Numbered from the stretch's first letter, positions 13,813-26,340 are shown. The stretch is DNA of 64,000 nucleotides from Luminiphilus sp. (GCA_965655505.1 CBFHHJ010000001.1:2134-66133), one strand, 5' to 3'. Program-made: numbers and translations. Notes: generated by a model from the sequence alone, not told the origin.

Positions 13813-15261
13813 CTAGAATCGCCAGAACGCGGGGGTAAATAGCACTAGCAAAGTAAAGACCTCGAGTCGGCCCAGAAGCATCGCGACACAAAGAATAATT
13901 TTCCCCACTTCATCCACCGGGGCGTAGTTCGCCGCTACAACACCCAAGCCGGGGCCAAGGTTGTTCAGCGATGCCGCCACAGCGGAGAAAGCCGACGTGA
14001 AATCCAAGCCAGTGGCCAGAAGCAACAGCATGATGGTGACAAAGCAAAACATGTAGACAGCAAAAAAGCTCCACACGGCACTGACTACCGAAGGTTGAAC
14101 GCGTCTAGCATCCAATTTCAGTGGGATCACCGCATTTGGATGCAGCAGTTGCTTAAGCTCCCGCATGCCTTGCCTGAAAATGAGCAGCAATCGCATCGCC
14201 TTGATGCCACCCCCGGTAGAGCCTGCACAACCGCCCATGAAAGACAGCATGAGCAACAAGAAGGGTAGAAAATTCGGCCAGCTTGCGAAGTCTTGCGTGG
14301 TAAAGCCCGTGGTAGTTGCGATTGATACGGTTTGAAACAGACCGTGAATCAGACTCTCTTCCGGTGAGAGGGTGTTGCCAACAATCAAGGTGGCACAGGT
14401 AAGAACGACCGCCAGCAAAATGATCAAGCTGAAAAAAGAGGTTTCTGAGTCGAGCCGGTAAATGTCGAAACTCCGTCGCTGGAAGGCAATGAAGTGCAGC
14501 CCGAAGTTGACGGCAGAGATCACCATAAAAACGGTGCAGATGAGTAAAATCGTATTGCTTTCAAAATATCCCATGCTGGCGTCATGGGTTGAAAACCCAC
14601 CAATTGCCACTGTCGAAAACGCGTGGCAAATTGCATCGAATACAGTCATGCCGGCGCCCCAATATGCTAGCGCGCAGGCGGTGGTAAGGCCCAAGTAAAT
14701 TGAGAACAACGCTTTTGCCGTGCCTGTGATACGCGGTGTGAGCTTTCGGTCTTTCGCGGGGCCTGCGCTTTCAGCACGATAAAGCTGCATGCCGCCGATT
14801 CCCAGCATCGGCAGGATGGCAACGGCTAGAACAATGATCCCGATGCCCCCAAGCCACTGCAGTAGTTGTCGATAAAGCAAAATTGATTGGGGGAGGCTAT
14901 CCAAGCCGACAATGACCGTGGCCCCCGTCGTGGTCAGACCCGAGATTGATTCGAAGATGGCATCGATGACACTGAGCTGCAATGACTCGGACAGGATGAA
15001 CGGCGTAGAACCGAAGATCCCGAGAACGATCCAGAACAACGCGGTGACGAGAAATCCATCGCGAATGCGCAAATCGGACGGGGCGTTACGGGTAGGTAAC
15101 CAAAGTACTAAGCCGGCGAAAATGTTGATTGCAAACGCCGTGGCAAACGCCCCTGCGCTACCGTCATTGGCCGCCAACCCCAAATACATAGAGGGCAGCA
15201 TGGCGACGCTGAACAGCATGAGCAGCACACCGATAATCCGCAGTGACACCGTCAGATGCAT
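13813..15261 (-). CDS. trkH: Trk potassium uptake membrane protein TrkH
   Basis: SGLTTTGAT, GGCAGSTGGGIK, LNNLGPGLG, LGRLEVFT. Confidence 0.95.
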   Translation of the reverse strand: MHLTVSLRIIGVLLMLFSVAMLPSMYLGLAANDGSAGAFATAFAINIFAGLVLWLPTRNAPSDLRIRDGFLVTALFWIVLGIFGSTPFILSESLQLSVIDAIFESISGLTTTGATVIVGLDSLPQSILLYRQLLQWLGGIGIIVLAVAILPMLGIGGMQLYRAESAGPAKDRKLTPRITGTAKALFSIYLGLTTACALAYWGAGMTVFDAICHAFSTVAIGGFSTHDASMGYFESNTILLICTVFMVISAVNFGLHFIAFQRRSFDIYRLDSETSFFSLIILLAVVLTCATLIVGNTLSPEESLIHGLFQTVSIATTTGFTTQDFASWPNFLPFLLLMLSFMGGCAGSTGGGIKAMRLLLIFRQGMRELKQLLHPNAVIPLKLDARRVQPSVVSAVWSFFAVYMFCFVTIMLLLLATGLDFTSAFSAVAASLNNLGPGLGVVAANYAPVDEVGKIILCVAMLLGRLEVFTLLVLFTPAFWRF

Positions 15262-16634
15262 CAGAAGAATCCAAATCCAACGGCGAACAAGCGCTCAATC
15301 TCGGCGATGTGATTGCGATCGATCAGGAACAAGATAAGGTGGTCGTCGTTTTCAACCACCACGTGGCTGTGCGCAATGATGACTTCTTCACCACGCAAAA
15401 TAGCACCGACCGATACTCCGGCGGGGAGTTCGAGTTCATCCAGGCGTCGTCCGACCACCTTTGAGGACTTCATGTCCCCGTGAGCTGTCAGTTCGATGGC
15501 CTCAGCGGCGCCGCGTCTCAGCGAGTGTACATTGCTGATATCCCCGCGCCGTACGTGGGTTAACAAGCTGCCAATCGTGATTTGCTGCGGCGAGATGGCG
15601 ATATCAATTTCCTGACCTACTAAGTCTGCGTATGCAGAATTAGTGATCAGGGTAATGACTTTCTTAGCACCCATGCGCTTGGCGAGCATCGACATCATGA
15701 TGTTCGATTCGTCGTTGTTAGTGAGTGCGCAGAACACATCGGTGTTCTCGATATTTTCCTGGCTCAGCAGCGCAGGCTCCGCGGCGCTGCCATGTAAAAC
15801 GATGGTTTCTTCGAGCAATTCCGACAGCATTCGGCAGCGATCGTAGGATAGCTCCAATACTTTGACCTGGTAGTCCCGCTCAAGGCGACTCGCCAAGGTA
15901 GCGCCGATGTTCCCGCCGCCGGCAATCATGACCCGTTTATAGGGTTTGTCTATCTTGCGCAGCTCTGACGTGACTGCGCGTATATTCTCTCGAGCAGCGA
16001 TAAAGAACACCTCGTCTTCCGGTTCGACGACCGTATCGCCCTCGGGAATAATCGCCTGCGACCGGCGAAAAATCGCTGCCACCCGGGTATCAACCTTGGG
16101 CATATGCTGGCGGATTTCCTGAAGTTGTCGCCCAACAATTGGCCCCCCCTCAATAGCGCGCACTGCGACGAGCCGAATGCGGCCATCGGCGAAATCGACT
16201 ACCTGAAGTGAGCCGGGATTTGCGATGAGTTGTTCAATGTTATTCGTGACCAGTTGCTCTGGGCCAATCACGTAATCGACAGGAATCGCTCCGGGCTTGA
16301 AAAGTGCTTCTCCCTGATCAAGATAATTCGCTGAGCGAATCCGGGAAATTTTGGTGGGTGTTCGGAACAGCGTAAAGGCCACCTGGCAGGCGAGCATGTT
16401 GATCTCATCGCTGTTGGTCACCGCAATCAGAAGATCGGCATCTTCCGCTCCCGCATTTAACAGGGTAGTGGGGTGTGCCGCATCACCCTGCACGGTACGA
16501 ATATCGAGCCGCTCCTGAAGAGCGCGCAGGGTATTCGGTTGACTATCGACGACGGTGATGTCGTTTTGCTCATCGGCCAGATGTTCAGCAAGCGTGCCGC
16601 CAACCTGTCCCGCACCAAGAATGATAATTTTCAC
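15261..16634 (-). CDS. trkA: Trk potassium uptake NAD-binding subunit TrkA
   Basis: KIIILGAGQVG and IAGGGNIG RCK domains, SLRRGAAEAIE. Confidence 0.96.
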   Translation of the reverse strand: MKIIILGAGQVGGTLAEHLADEQNDITVVDSQPNTLRALQERLDIRTVQGDAAHPTTLLNAGAEDADLLIAVTNSDEINMLACQVAFTLFRTPTKISRIRSANYLDQGEALFKPGAIPVDYVIGPEQLVTNNIEQLIANPGSLQVVDFADGRIRLVAVRAIEGGPIVGRQLQEIRQHMPKVDTRVAAIFRRSQAIIPEGDTVVEPEDEVFFIAARENIRAVTSELRKIDKPYKRVMIAGGGNIGATLASRLERDYQVKVLELSYDRCRMLSELLEETIVLHGSAAEPALLSQENIENTDVFCALTNNDESNIMMSMLAKRMGAKKVITLITNSAYADLVGQEIDIAISPQQITIGSLLTHVRRGDISNVHSLRRGAAEAIELTAHGDMKSSKVVGRRLDELELPAGVSVGAILRGEEVIIAHSHVVVENDDHLILFLIDRNHIAEIERLFAVGFGFF

Positions 16635-16771
16635 CGGCTTACTTACCTCCTAAACCGCGCAACGCCACCTTAAACAAAGCGTAACAACATGGTAAGACCT
16701 GCTCTCTGTAACCTTTTTACGTATTTCTACAGGTTGATCCAACCGCGCTGACTCAGGCACTTGTGTGGCCA

Positions 16772-18070
16772 TCACGGCAACGCGCGTGCGAGCAGTGCAA
16801 AATAGAGACCATCGCTACCCTCGGGGTCGGGTAACCGCTGGATACCCAGCCCGGTCTTAATGGTGTCCGGGGCGCTGATTTCACGGACCACGCAGTCGGC
16901 AACTGTCGTCAAGAAACCCCTGACGATGGCGTCGTTTTCTTCTTCAAGCACGGAGCACGTGACATACAACAGTCGGCCGCCAGGCTTCAAGGTAGGCCAG
17001 AGTCCTTGCAAAATTGCGCGCTGTTGGATGGCGAAATGTTCAATATCCTCGGCGTGGCGATGCAGCTTGATGTCGGGATGTCGACGGATAACACCCGTTG
17101 CCGAGCAAGGCACATCGGCAAGAATAGCGTCGAAGCGAGCATCTCCTAAGAGCGTTGAGCCTTGAGCGGCATCGAGTGCGACTAGCGAGAAATTTAATCC
17201 GAGCCGGTCACGGTTTTCGACAATGCGCTCGAGTCGCGATTCGCTGATATCGGCAGCTGTCAGATCGATCGAGGGCTGAATCTCCAGTAGGTGACAGGCT
17301 TTTCCGCCCGGTGCGGCGCAGGCGTCGAGGATTTTCTCCCCAGCGACGGGCGCGAGAAGGGCGGCAGCAAGTTGGGCGCTCTCATCTTGAACACTCATCA
17401 GCCCAGTCGAGAAGCCGGGCAAGTCTTTTACGTCCCGCGGTGTGTTCAGAGTGATTGCGGACTCCACCTTAGCGCTCGCGGAACCCTCAATGCCTTCTTG
17501 GTTCAGGTATTTGAGGCACTCAGCCCTTGTTGTTTTGCTGAGATTTACCCTCAAGGTCATCGGGGGGCGATGACGCGCCGCGCTAACCAGACGATCCTGA
17601 TGTTCGTGCCACTGGGTGCCAATTGTCTCGAATAACCAGCCGGGCATTGCCGCCCGAGAAGCGGGGGACAGATTGGCCTCCAGCGTTGTGCTGTCGCGCT
17701 GATAGCTACGCAATACGCCATTAATGAGCCCTGTTGCCCAAGGTTTGCCGAGTTTCCGAGCGATGTTTACCGTTTCGGATACGGCGGCGTGATCGGGAAC
17801 TCGCATACCCGCAATCTGATGAAGCCCCATCAACATGAGGCTGTAGACGTCACTGTCTTTTGTTTTTAGGGGTTTTTTTAAAAGTTGTTGCGCGATGCCA
17901 GCAAGTCGTGGCCACTCTCGAAGTGTGCCGTAGACCAGTTCTTGGGCGAGTGGTCGTTGCGCGAGCGGGGCCTCGGGTAATTGGGCGGGTAATGCGGCGC
18001 CCAGTGACTCCCCCTTGGCTACCGATGCCAACACCCGTGCCGCTACCCAGCGGGCACTTTTGTTGCTCAC
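16772..18070 (-). CDS. rsmB: 16S rRNA m5C967 methyltransferase RsmB
   Basis: NusB-like N-terminus, LDACAAPGGK, DVPCSATGVIRRHPD, YVTCS. Confidence 0.95.
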   Translation of the reverse strand: MSNKSARWVAARVLASVAKGESLGAALPAQLPEAPLAQRPLAQELVYGTLREWPRLAGIAQQLLKKPLKTKDSDVYSLMLMGLHQIAGMRVPDHAAVSETVNIARKLGKPWATGLINGVLRSYQRDSTTLEANLSPASRAAMPGWLFETIGTQWHEHQDRLVSAARHRPPMTLRVNLSKTTRAECLKYLNQEGIEGSASAKVESAITLNTPRDVKDLPGFSTGLMSVQDESAQLAAALLAPVAGEKILDACAAPGGKACHLLEIQPSIDLTAADISESRLERIVENRDRLGLNFSLVALDAAQGSTLLGDARFDAILADVPCSATGVIRRHPDIKLHRHAEDIEHFAIQQRAILQGLWPTLKPGGRLLYVTCSVLEEENDAIVRGFLTTVADCVVREISAPDTIKTGLGIQRLPDPEGSDGLYFALLARALP

Positions 18071-19050
18071 GCTTGCGCCGCAGCGTTGGCGGTAGTTGCG
18101 TTGAAGAACGTTTTGTCTGGGGCGATCAACGCGGCTTTTCCGTTCAGCACTTCGGCGATGGTTAAGGGTTTGCCCCCTGGAAACTGCAATTTTTGAATGG
18201 CCAAGACGCCCTCACCACAGGCGACCTGTAATCCATCGCTATTTGCCGCGAGCAGTGTGCCGGGTGGCTTTGGCGAATCGGTGCTTGCGATCGCGACGGC
18301 TTCCCAAATTTTGACTCGGATCGTGTCGAGGTTGCTAAAACACACGGGTACCGGATTAAACGCCATGATTTTCCGGGCCAGCGAGGTAGCCGGCTGGGAC
18401 CAATCGAGATCACACTCGACCTTGGTCATCTTCGCCGCATAGGTAGCGAGGCGGTCATCTTGGGTTTTGGCTGCAGCAAGATGGGTCTCAAGGTCATCGA
18501 TGACATCGATAAGAGCCATAGGGCCGATATCGACGAGCCGGTCGTGTAGTGAGCCCCCGGTTTCATTGGCATTGAGTCGCAGCCTGCGCTCCGCAAGCAT
18601 TGGTCCGGTATCGAGTCCCGCATCCATATGCATAATGGTGACGCCGCTTTCATCATCGCCGGCTTCAACGGCCCTTTGGATGGGCGCAGCGCCCCGCCAC
18701 CGTGGCAATAGTGATGCATGGACATTGAGGCACCCGAAGCGAGGAATATCGAGCACCGCCTGGGGCAAAATTAGCCCATAAGCCACGACGATCATTACAT
18801 CGGCAGAAAGATCCGTGAGCGATCGCTGAACGTCGGAGTCCTTCAGTGACGGGGGCTGGAGCACCAATAGATCGGCCTCCAGGGCGCGACGCTTGACCGG
18901 CGATGGTAGGCGTTTCTTACCTCGGCCTGAGGGGCGGTCGGGCTGGCTCAGCACAGCGACAATTTCGTGTCGACTATTAATGAGCGCGTCGAGGTGACGC
19001 TCCGCAAAGTCTGGGGTGCCCGCAAAGATCACCCTGAGGGGGCGCGGCAT
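18067..19050 (-). CDS. fmt: Methionyl-tRNA formyltransferase
   Basis: FAGTPDFA, NVHASLLPRWRGAAP, MDAGLDTG. Confidence 0.97.
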   Translation of the reverse strand: MPRPLRVIFAGTPDFAERHLDALINSRHEIVAVLSQPDRPSGRGKKRLPSPVKRRALEADLLVLQPPSLKDSDVQRSLTDLSADVMIVVAYGLILPQAVLDIPRFGCLNVHASLLPRWRGAAPIQRAVEAGDDESGVTIMHMDAGLDTGPMLAERRLRLNANETGGSLHDRLVDIGPMALIDVIDDLETHLAAAKTQDDRLATYAAKMTKVECDLDWSQPATSLARKIMAFNPVPVCFSNLDTIRVKIWEAVAIASTDSPKPPGTLLAANSDGLQVACGEGVLAIQKLQFPGGKPLTIAEVLNGKAALIAPDKTFFNATTANAAAQA

Positions 19051-19052
19051 AA

Positions 19053-19559
19053 TCAGGCTTGCCGACGGTGGGCTTTCTCGAGTTTCCCCCGAATCCGCTG
19101 TCGCTTAAGGGGCGAAATGTAATCGACGAACAGCTTGCCTTCGAGGTGGTCAATTTCATGTTGTAAACAAATGGCCATGAGCCCGTCGAGCTCTTCCGTA
19201 AATGACTGCCCGTCGCGATCCAGCGCTGTCACGGTGATCTTTTTCGGACGATGAATCGTCTCGAAAAACCCCGGTACCGATAAGCAGCCTTCATCGTAGT
19301 CTCCAAGATCGGGATCAATCACCTCGAATTCGGGGTTGATGAAAACCCGAGGATCATCTCGCTCCTCTGATATATCGATCACAATCACGCGCTCGTGGAC
19401 ATCAACCTGCGAGGCGGCAAGTCCGATGCCGGGGGCGTCGTACATGGTCTCGAACATGTCATCGATGAGCGAGCGAATACGGTCGTCCACGGTTGCAACC
19501 GGCTGGGCGACAGTGCGCAGTCGTGGGTCGGGAAACTCGAGTATAGGTAGTAGTGCCAT
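19053..19559 (-). CDS. def: Peptide deformylase
   Basis: [22 protein letters not shown]. Confidence 0.98.
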   Translation of the reverse strand: MALLPILEFPDPRLRTVAQPVATVDDRIRSLIDDMFETMYDAPGIGLAASQVDVHERVIVIDISEERDDPRVFINPEFEVIDPDLGDYDEGCLSVPGFFETIHRPKKITVTALDRDGQSFTEELDGLMAICLQHEIDHLEGKLFVDYISPLKRQRIRGKLEKAHRRQA

Positions 19560-19793
19560 GGGTAATCCTGAATCGATATTCGAATCGCTCAGCCTGAAGA
19601 TGGCAGCATTTGTGCTTGCCTCTGTCTTCAGCCGGGCTCAAACTGCGATTATAACGTGGCCTCGGGGCCTTCGTCCCGTGTGCCATGCAACCCGCTCTCG
19701 CCTTGACCGGGCGGTGGGTCAAAAAATTAGGTATCCGGGAGCTAGCTTGTGAAAGTCTTTACTGAGAATCCAGGTCTCCGATTCGGCGCGTCA

Positions 19794-20864
19794 ATGAAGG
19801 CGTTGTTCTATGTTGTGCTCGCAGCGGCGGTCTTGTTGCTCGTCGTTGCTAACCAAACAGCGCTGGCGCAGTCGGATCGTCCCGATTACGTGGAGCTCAA
19901 TGAAAACGTTCCGCTGACCTACATCGTGCAGAAGGGCGACACCCTGTGGGCCATCTCCGGCATCTATCTGAAGGAGCCCTGGCGTTGGCCCGCCCTGTGG
20001 GACAGCAACCCCCAGATTGATAACCCGCACCTGATTTATCCCGGCGACGTGTTGGAGTTGCGCTGGGAGAACGGCCGTCCTCGCCTAGGTCTCGCCAGTC
20101 GCGGTGATGTAAAGCTCTCTCCGACCTTGCGAAGCGAGAGCCTCGATACGGCAATTCCCCCCATTCCTCGTGACCAAATCGACCCATTTCTGCGTTCAAA
20201 CCGCGTGATCGAGCCGGGCATTTATGAAGGTTTGGCTTACCTTATCGCGGGCGATGCGCAACGCATCATCAGTGGTGTCGGCGATCGCGTTTATGGGCGC
20301 GGCCCCATTGATGCTGCTGACCGAACGTTTGGGATCGTTCGTCAAGGGCCGCCCATCGTCGACCCGATAACCGGTGAACTGCTTGGAATTCAAGCGAGTG
20401 ATATTGGTACGGCCTCTTTGCTGGCCGCAGAAACGACCGAATTTACAGATGTCGAGGTCAAAGAGTTTGAAGTCACGCGCATGACTGAAGAGGTTCGAAT
20501 TGGCGATCGATTATTTCCCACAGAAGAAGGCATCCTAGACGCGTACTTCCAACCTAAAGCCCCCGATAGCGAGATTGAGGATGGGTACATGGTTGCGGTC
20601 GATGGTGGTGTCACCCAAATCGGTGAAATGGACATCGTGATCATTAACCGCGGTGAGCGGGAAGGGCTGATGGTGGGCGACGTCATGGCGATCTTCCAGA
20701 CCGGGGAGGTGGTTAAAGACCCCGTAGTCGGCGACATGGTGGCGTTACCCGACGTGCGTTCGGGTGTCGTAATGTTGTTTTCGGTCTATGAGAAAGCCAG
20801 CTATGGGCTGGTGCTCACTGCGAGTCGCCCATTGTCCGTGGGCGATAAAGTAAAGAACCCCTAA
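19794..20864 (+). CDS. LysM peptidoglycan-binding protein, TsaP-like (type IV pilus secretin-associated)
   Basis: Signal peptide, LysM YIVQKGDTLWAIS...NPHLIYPGD; conserved def<-|->LysM-dprA position; alternative start 19749. Confidence 0.85.
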   Translation: MKALFYVVLAAAVLLLVVANQTALAQSDRPDYVELNENVPLTYIVQKGDTLWAISGIYLKEPWRWPALWDSNPQIDNPHLIYPGDVLELRWENGRPRLGLASRGDVKLSPTLRSESLDTAIPPIPRDQIDPFLRSNRVIEPGIYEGLAYLIAGDAQRIISGVGDRVYGRGPIDAADRTFGIVRQGPPIVDPITGELLGIQASDIGTASLLAAETTEFTDVEVKEFEVTRMTEEVRIGDRLFPTEEGILDAYFQPKAPDSEIEDGYMVAVDGGVTQIGEMDIVIINRGEREGLMVGDVMAIFQTGEVVKDPVVGDMVALPDVRSGVVMLFSVYEKASYGLVLTASRPLSVGDKVKNP

Positions 20865-21013
20865 CAGCAAGAAGAAATGTAAGTGCCGCCAGGAGGTAAC
20901 TGGCGAGAATCGGATTGGGTCTTTCAATGTGAGACGCATACCTATGGGTTAATCGATCCGAATTCATGATCCCCGGTGGTTCGTGATGAACTTAAATCCA
21001 ACACACTTTCGCT

Positions 21014-21058
21014 GCTCAAGGACGAGCTTATGCCCCACTGCTTTGGACAGGATGTCCA
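21014..21058 (+). promoter_or_regulatory. Two CsrA/RsmA-type GGA hairpins at the dprA start
   Basis: GCTC-AAGGAC-GAGC (21014-21027, contains CANGGAYG) overlapping the SD, and TGGACA-GGA-TGTCCA (21044-21058). Confidence 0.55.
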
Positions 21059-22244
21059 CGCGGATTCCTCATGGCTGACTTTTCTTCAGTCAGATTTACT
21101 CAATCACAGTGAACGCAATCGCTTGTTGTTGGCCGGGTTCGATCCGTTGCGGCCCGAAGCGGTGGCTGTCGCCAGTGAGAATGCAACGTTACGGCTTGAG
21201 CAACTTTGTGATCAGTTAGTAGCGCCCGCAATCAAGACCGCTAACGTTAGACATGCCAACCATTCGGTGTACCTGTTGCACCGGGGTGAGTCTGCCTATC
21301 CACCGCTGCTGGCACTGTGCAACGACGCCCCCCCTGCCTTATTTGTCGTTGGAGATCTTGATGCCTTGACTCAGCCCGCTGTCGCGATTGTCGGTACCCG
21401 CAATCCGTCCGCTGATGGATGCCGGGCCGCTGGCAATCTCGCGCGGGATCTTGCGAAGGCGGGGATTGTCGTTGCCAGTGGCCTCGCTAAAGGTATTGAT
21501 GGCAGTGCGCATCAGGGTGCCTTAAACGGCGATGGGCGAACGATTGCAGTCATGGCGACGGGTATCGATCGAGTCTATCCTCGCCAACATGAAAAGCTGG
21601 CGCAGAGCATTGCGCGCCAAGGGGCACTGGTTTCTGAGTTTCCTCCTGGGGCGGACCCCCAGCGATGGCATTTTCCTCGACGCAATCGAACGCTGTCGGG
21701 ACTGACTCTAGGCACTGTCGTTGTTGAGGCTGGCTCGCCCAGTGGATCATTGATAACGGCAACCGCTGCGGCTGAGCAAGGCCGAGAAGTGTTCGCCTAT
21801 CCTTGGTCAATCTACCACCGAAGTGGCGCAGGTTGTCGCCAACTACTGGCGGACGGAGCGCAGCTTGCTTGCGGCCCAAATGACGTGGTGATGGCTTTGG
21901 GACACCTTCTGTCTGCTGCTTATGAGTGTGTGCCTACTACCAACAAAGCGCTTAATCCTAGTAAATCTACGTGCAATCCCGAGCTTGAAAGTTCTGTGGT
22001 CTCAGTGTCGTGTAAGCAGTTTAGTTTGGTGTCGAAGTCCGGTGACGTTGCTTCTGAGTTTGAGGCGACTGATACAAGGACGCTGTTGCAGCACTTGGGC
22101 GATGGCGAACTCTCTTTGAGTCAATTGATGGACTTGACCGGTGTTCCTGCCGCAGAATTGCGCGCGCGATTAAGCAGGATGGAACTCAGCGGCGTGATTG
22201 TTGCCACATCACTGGGATACCGTGTCTGTGGGCGGACAGATTAG
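21030..22244 (+). CDS. dprA: DNA-processing protein DprA (Smf)
   Basis: VAIVGTR, SGLAKGIDG.AH, FPRRNR..SGL, VVVEA..SGSLITA, C-terminal winged helix; start ATG 21030 chosen (ORF from 20976). Confidence 0.93.
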   Translation: MPHCFGQDVHADSSWLTFLQSDLLNHSERNRLLLAGFDPLRPEAVAVASENATLRLEQLCDQLVAPAIKTANVRHANHSVYLLHRGESAYPPLLALCNDAPPALFVVGDLDALTQPAVAIVGTRNPSADGCRAAGNLARDLAKAGIVVASGLAKGIDGSAHQGALNGDGRTIAVMATGIDRVYPRQHEKLAQSIARQGALVSEFPPGADPQRWHFPRRNRTLSGLTLGTVVVEAGSPSGSLITATAAAEQGREVFAYPWSIYHRSGAGCRQLLADGAQLACGPNDVVMALGHLLSAAYECVPTTNKALNPSKSTCNPELESSVVSVSCKQFSLVSKSGDVASEFEATDTRTLLQHLGDGELSLSQLMDLTGVPAAELRARLSRMELSGVIVATSLGYRVCGRTD

Positions 22245-22330
22245 TTGCGCGTGAGTTGCGCGAATTGCGGCTTTCGCTTCCGCCGGGCTTTATTCGACAG
22301 GTCCGGTTTCAAGAGTAGCAAGGGGGTTGT

Positions 22331-22888
22331 TTGCAACCGCAGGATTTCAGAACTCGGCTTTTGGCCGAAGAAATATCCGCAGAGGGTGTTGTAGCCTGCC
22401 CAGCGGAGGCGGTTTGGGGCCTTAGCTGTGATCCGTATTCGGAGTCCGCAGTGTCAGAATTGCTGTTGCTCAAAGGGCGTCCGGTCGATAAGGGCCTGAT
22501 TGTGGTTGCCGCTGAAGTCTGGATGCTGGCACCGTTATTGGATGGTTTGCCCGATAGTCAGCGCAGTGCGCTCACTTTGAGCTGGCCCGGTCCCAATACT
22601 TGGTTGGTGCCCAATAACGGTGTTTTTCCATTTTGGGTGACAGGGAATAGCTCGGAGGTTGCAGTGCGTATAACCTCTGCGCCTGCCCTACGACGTCTCT
22701 CTTATGCCGTGGGTGGGCCGGTGGTTTCCACCTCAGCAAACCCTGCTGGCGCACCACCTGCGCGACACGGTTTTGAGGTGGTGAAGTATTTTGGTGCTCA
22801 ACTTCCACGCGCAGTGGGTTCGGTTGACCTGCAAGCTAAACCGTCGACAATACGACGCGCGGCGACCGGCGAGGTTGTGCGGTCATAA
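22331..22888 (+). CDS. tsaC: Threonylcarbamoyl-AMP synthase TsaC (YrdC/Sua5)
   Basis: LKGRP..KGLI, WPGP, STSAN, PSTI motifs. Confidence 0.9.
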   Translation: MQPQDFRTRLLAEEISAEGVVACPAEAVWGLSCDPYSESAVSELLLLKGRPVDKGLIVVAAEVWMLAPLLDGLPDSQRSALTLSWPGPNTWLVPNNGVFPFWVTGNSSEVAVRITSAPALRRLSYAVGGPVVSTSANPAGAPPARHGFEVVKYFGAQLPRAVGSVDLQAKPSTIRRAATGEVVRS

Positions 22889-22933
22889 AAGAATAAAGGG
22901 AAGCCGCGGGTATTACTGGCCAACTTCAGTTAA

Positions 22934-24742
<1,809 letters not shown>

Positions 24743-24750
<8 letters not shown>

Positions 24751-24815
24751 CCGTATAGACGGTGTATAGATCGGTGCATCAACTGGCAGCATAGATAGGC
24801 GCATAGAGTGGAGCG
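24743..24815. repeat. Degenerate ~12-bp tandem repeats after the aroE stop
   Basis: CCGTATAA/CCGTATAGAC then GGTGTATAGATC|GGTGCATCAACT|GGCAGCATAGATA|GGCGCATAGAGT. Confidence 0.5.
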
Positions 24816-24908
24816 CCATGAGGCTCAAAAACCCCACGAGTGCCGACATCTTTTCGTAACCCCGAGGATATGGGCCTAGGTGCTTGGCGCCCCTTATCAG
24901 TCAGGAGC

Positions 24909-25484
24909 CTAGCACTCGTCGGTGTCGTCTAAATAGCGTTGCTTGAGGCGGACGTAATTGTCGGCGCTGTACTGAAGAAAGTTTTGCTCACTTTCTTTTA
25001 ATGGCCGCATCGCTTTTGCTGGGCTACCACCGTAAAGAAAGCCGCTTTGCAGGTGTTTCCCCGGGGTCACGAGGCTGCCCGCCGCGATCATCACCTCATC
25101 TTCGACGACCGCGCCATCCATGATAATTGCACCCATGCCGATTAGAACGCGATTACCAATGGTGCAACCGTGAAGCACCGCTCGATGACCAACGGTCACA
25201 TCAGTGCCAATCGCCAGGGGCCAACCCTTGGGGTTGAACGTGCTCGCATGGGTGATGTGCAGCACTGAGTTGTCCTGAATGTTGGTGCGTGCACCGATTG
25301 TAATGGTGTGCATATCGGCGCGTATCGAGCAGTGCGGCCAAATACTGACATCATCGGCTAGGGTGATATCACCCAAAACAACCGCCGACGGGTCAATTAA
25401 CACTCGAGCGCCAAGGCGGGGCTGGTAGTCCTCGAAAGCGCGTATATTGTCTGACGCTTGGTAACTCACTCCTGTCATGTGCAC
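24909..25484 (-). CDS. Gamma carbonic anhydrase family protein (YrdA-like)
   Basis: Hexapeptide repeats, IGARTNIQDNSVLH, VTVGHRAVLHGC. Confidence 0.92.
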   Translation of the reverse strand: MHMTGVSYQASDNIRAFEDYQPRLGARVLIDPSAVVLGDITLADDVSIWPHCSIRADMHTITIGARTNIQDNSVLHITHASTFNPKGWPLAIGTDVTVGHRAVLHGCTIGNRVLIGMGAIIMDGAVVEDEVMIAAGSLVTPGKHLQSGFLYGGSPAKAMRPLKESEQNFLQYSADNYVRLKQRYLDDTDEC

Positions 25485-25607
25485 TTCCTCAACATTGAAT
25501 GATGTAGAAATCTGCCCTCTGAGCGAAGTCTTAAGATCCCACAGACTCCCCGCTTGTCGCGCAAGGCACTACACTAGTGCCCTTAAAGCGCGAGGACCTA
25601 TCCTGCC

Positions 25608-25877
25608 ATGACTGACACCACCAACCCAAAACCTCGTCGGTTTATAGCCGGCGCTGTTTGCCCCCGTTGCGGCATCATGGACCGTATCGTGGTCAGTGGG
25701 GATGGCGAAGAGCGCTCCTGCGTCGAGTGCGGTTTTACTGATGGCCGACCAGGGGATACGCCGCAGGCGGTACCTACTCGGGTAACCCGCGCGGCTGCAC
25801 GCCGAACGGAGACCGCTCCAGAGCCAGTTCGCTTACTTGACCCTAGCAGGCCAACACCCGATGACAGCGGGGAGTAA
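25608..25877 (+). CDS. YheV-family zinc-ribbon protein
   Basis: RRFIAGAVCPRC...CVECGF. Confidence 0.85.
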   Translation: MTDTTNPKPRRFIAGAVCPRCGIMDRIVVSGDGEERSCVECGFTDGRPGDTPQAVPTRVTRAAARRTETAPEPVRLLDPSRPTPDDSGE

Positions 25878-26340
25878 TAGAGTCGATATCAAAAGGGTGG
25901 GCATTAGGGCCTGCATGCGCCGAAGTATTGTTCCCTGTGGTGATTGAGAAATAACGGCTTGGTTGTGTTGCTAGCGCAGCGGGGGGTTGCTCACGGCTTT
26001 GTCGTGGGATTGTCCGGATATCATTGTCGTTTGTTCGGCATGGCTGCAGCGCAAGAGCTGCCACGGTGCGGCTGGTAATAATCTCCCTATGTAGTGGTTG
26101 AAGCCGCCAAAACTACAAGATGTGGTGTCTTGAGCCAGCAAGACGCCCAACAATTGTCCCAGATAACCCAAAAGCGTCAGTAAATAAGTCCCCTAACACT
26201 GTGATTTTGAAGGCGTTTAGCTATAATCCGCCTCGCAGAATTGTCACACACTGGTGATGGTCTGCAGTCAGGTTGGTCATTACGCGTAAGCGAATCTGCC
26301 GCCGACTGTTTCTGGGGGGAACGCCTTTGGGTTGTCGAGG

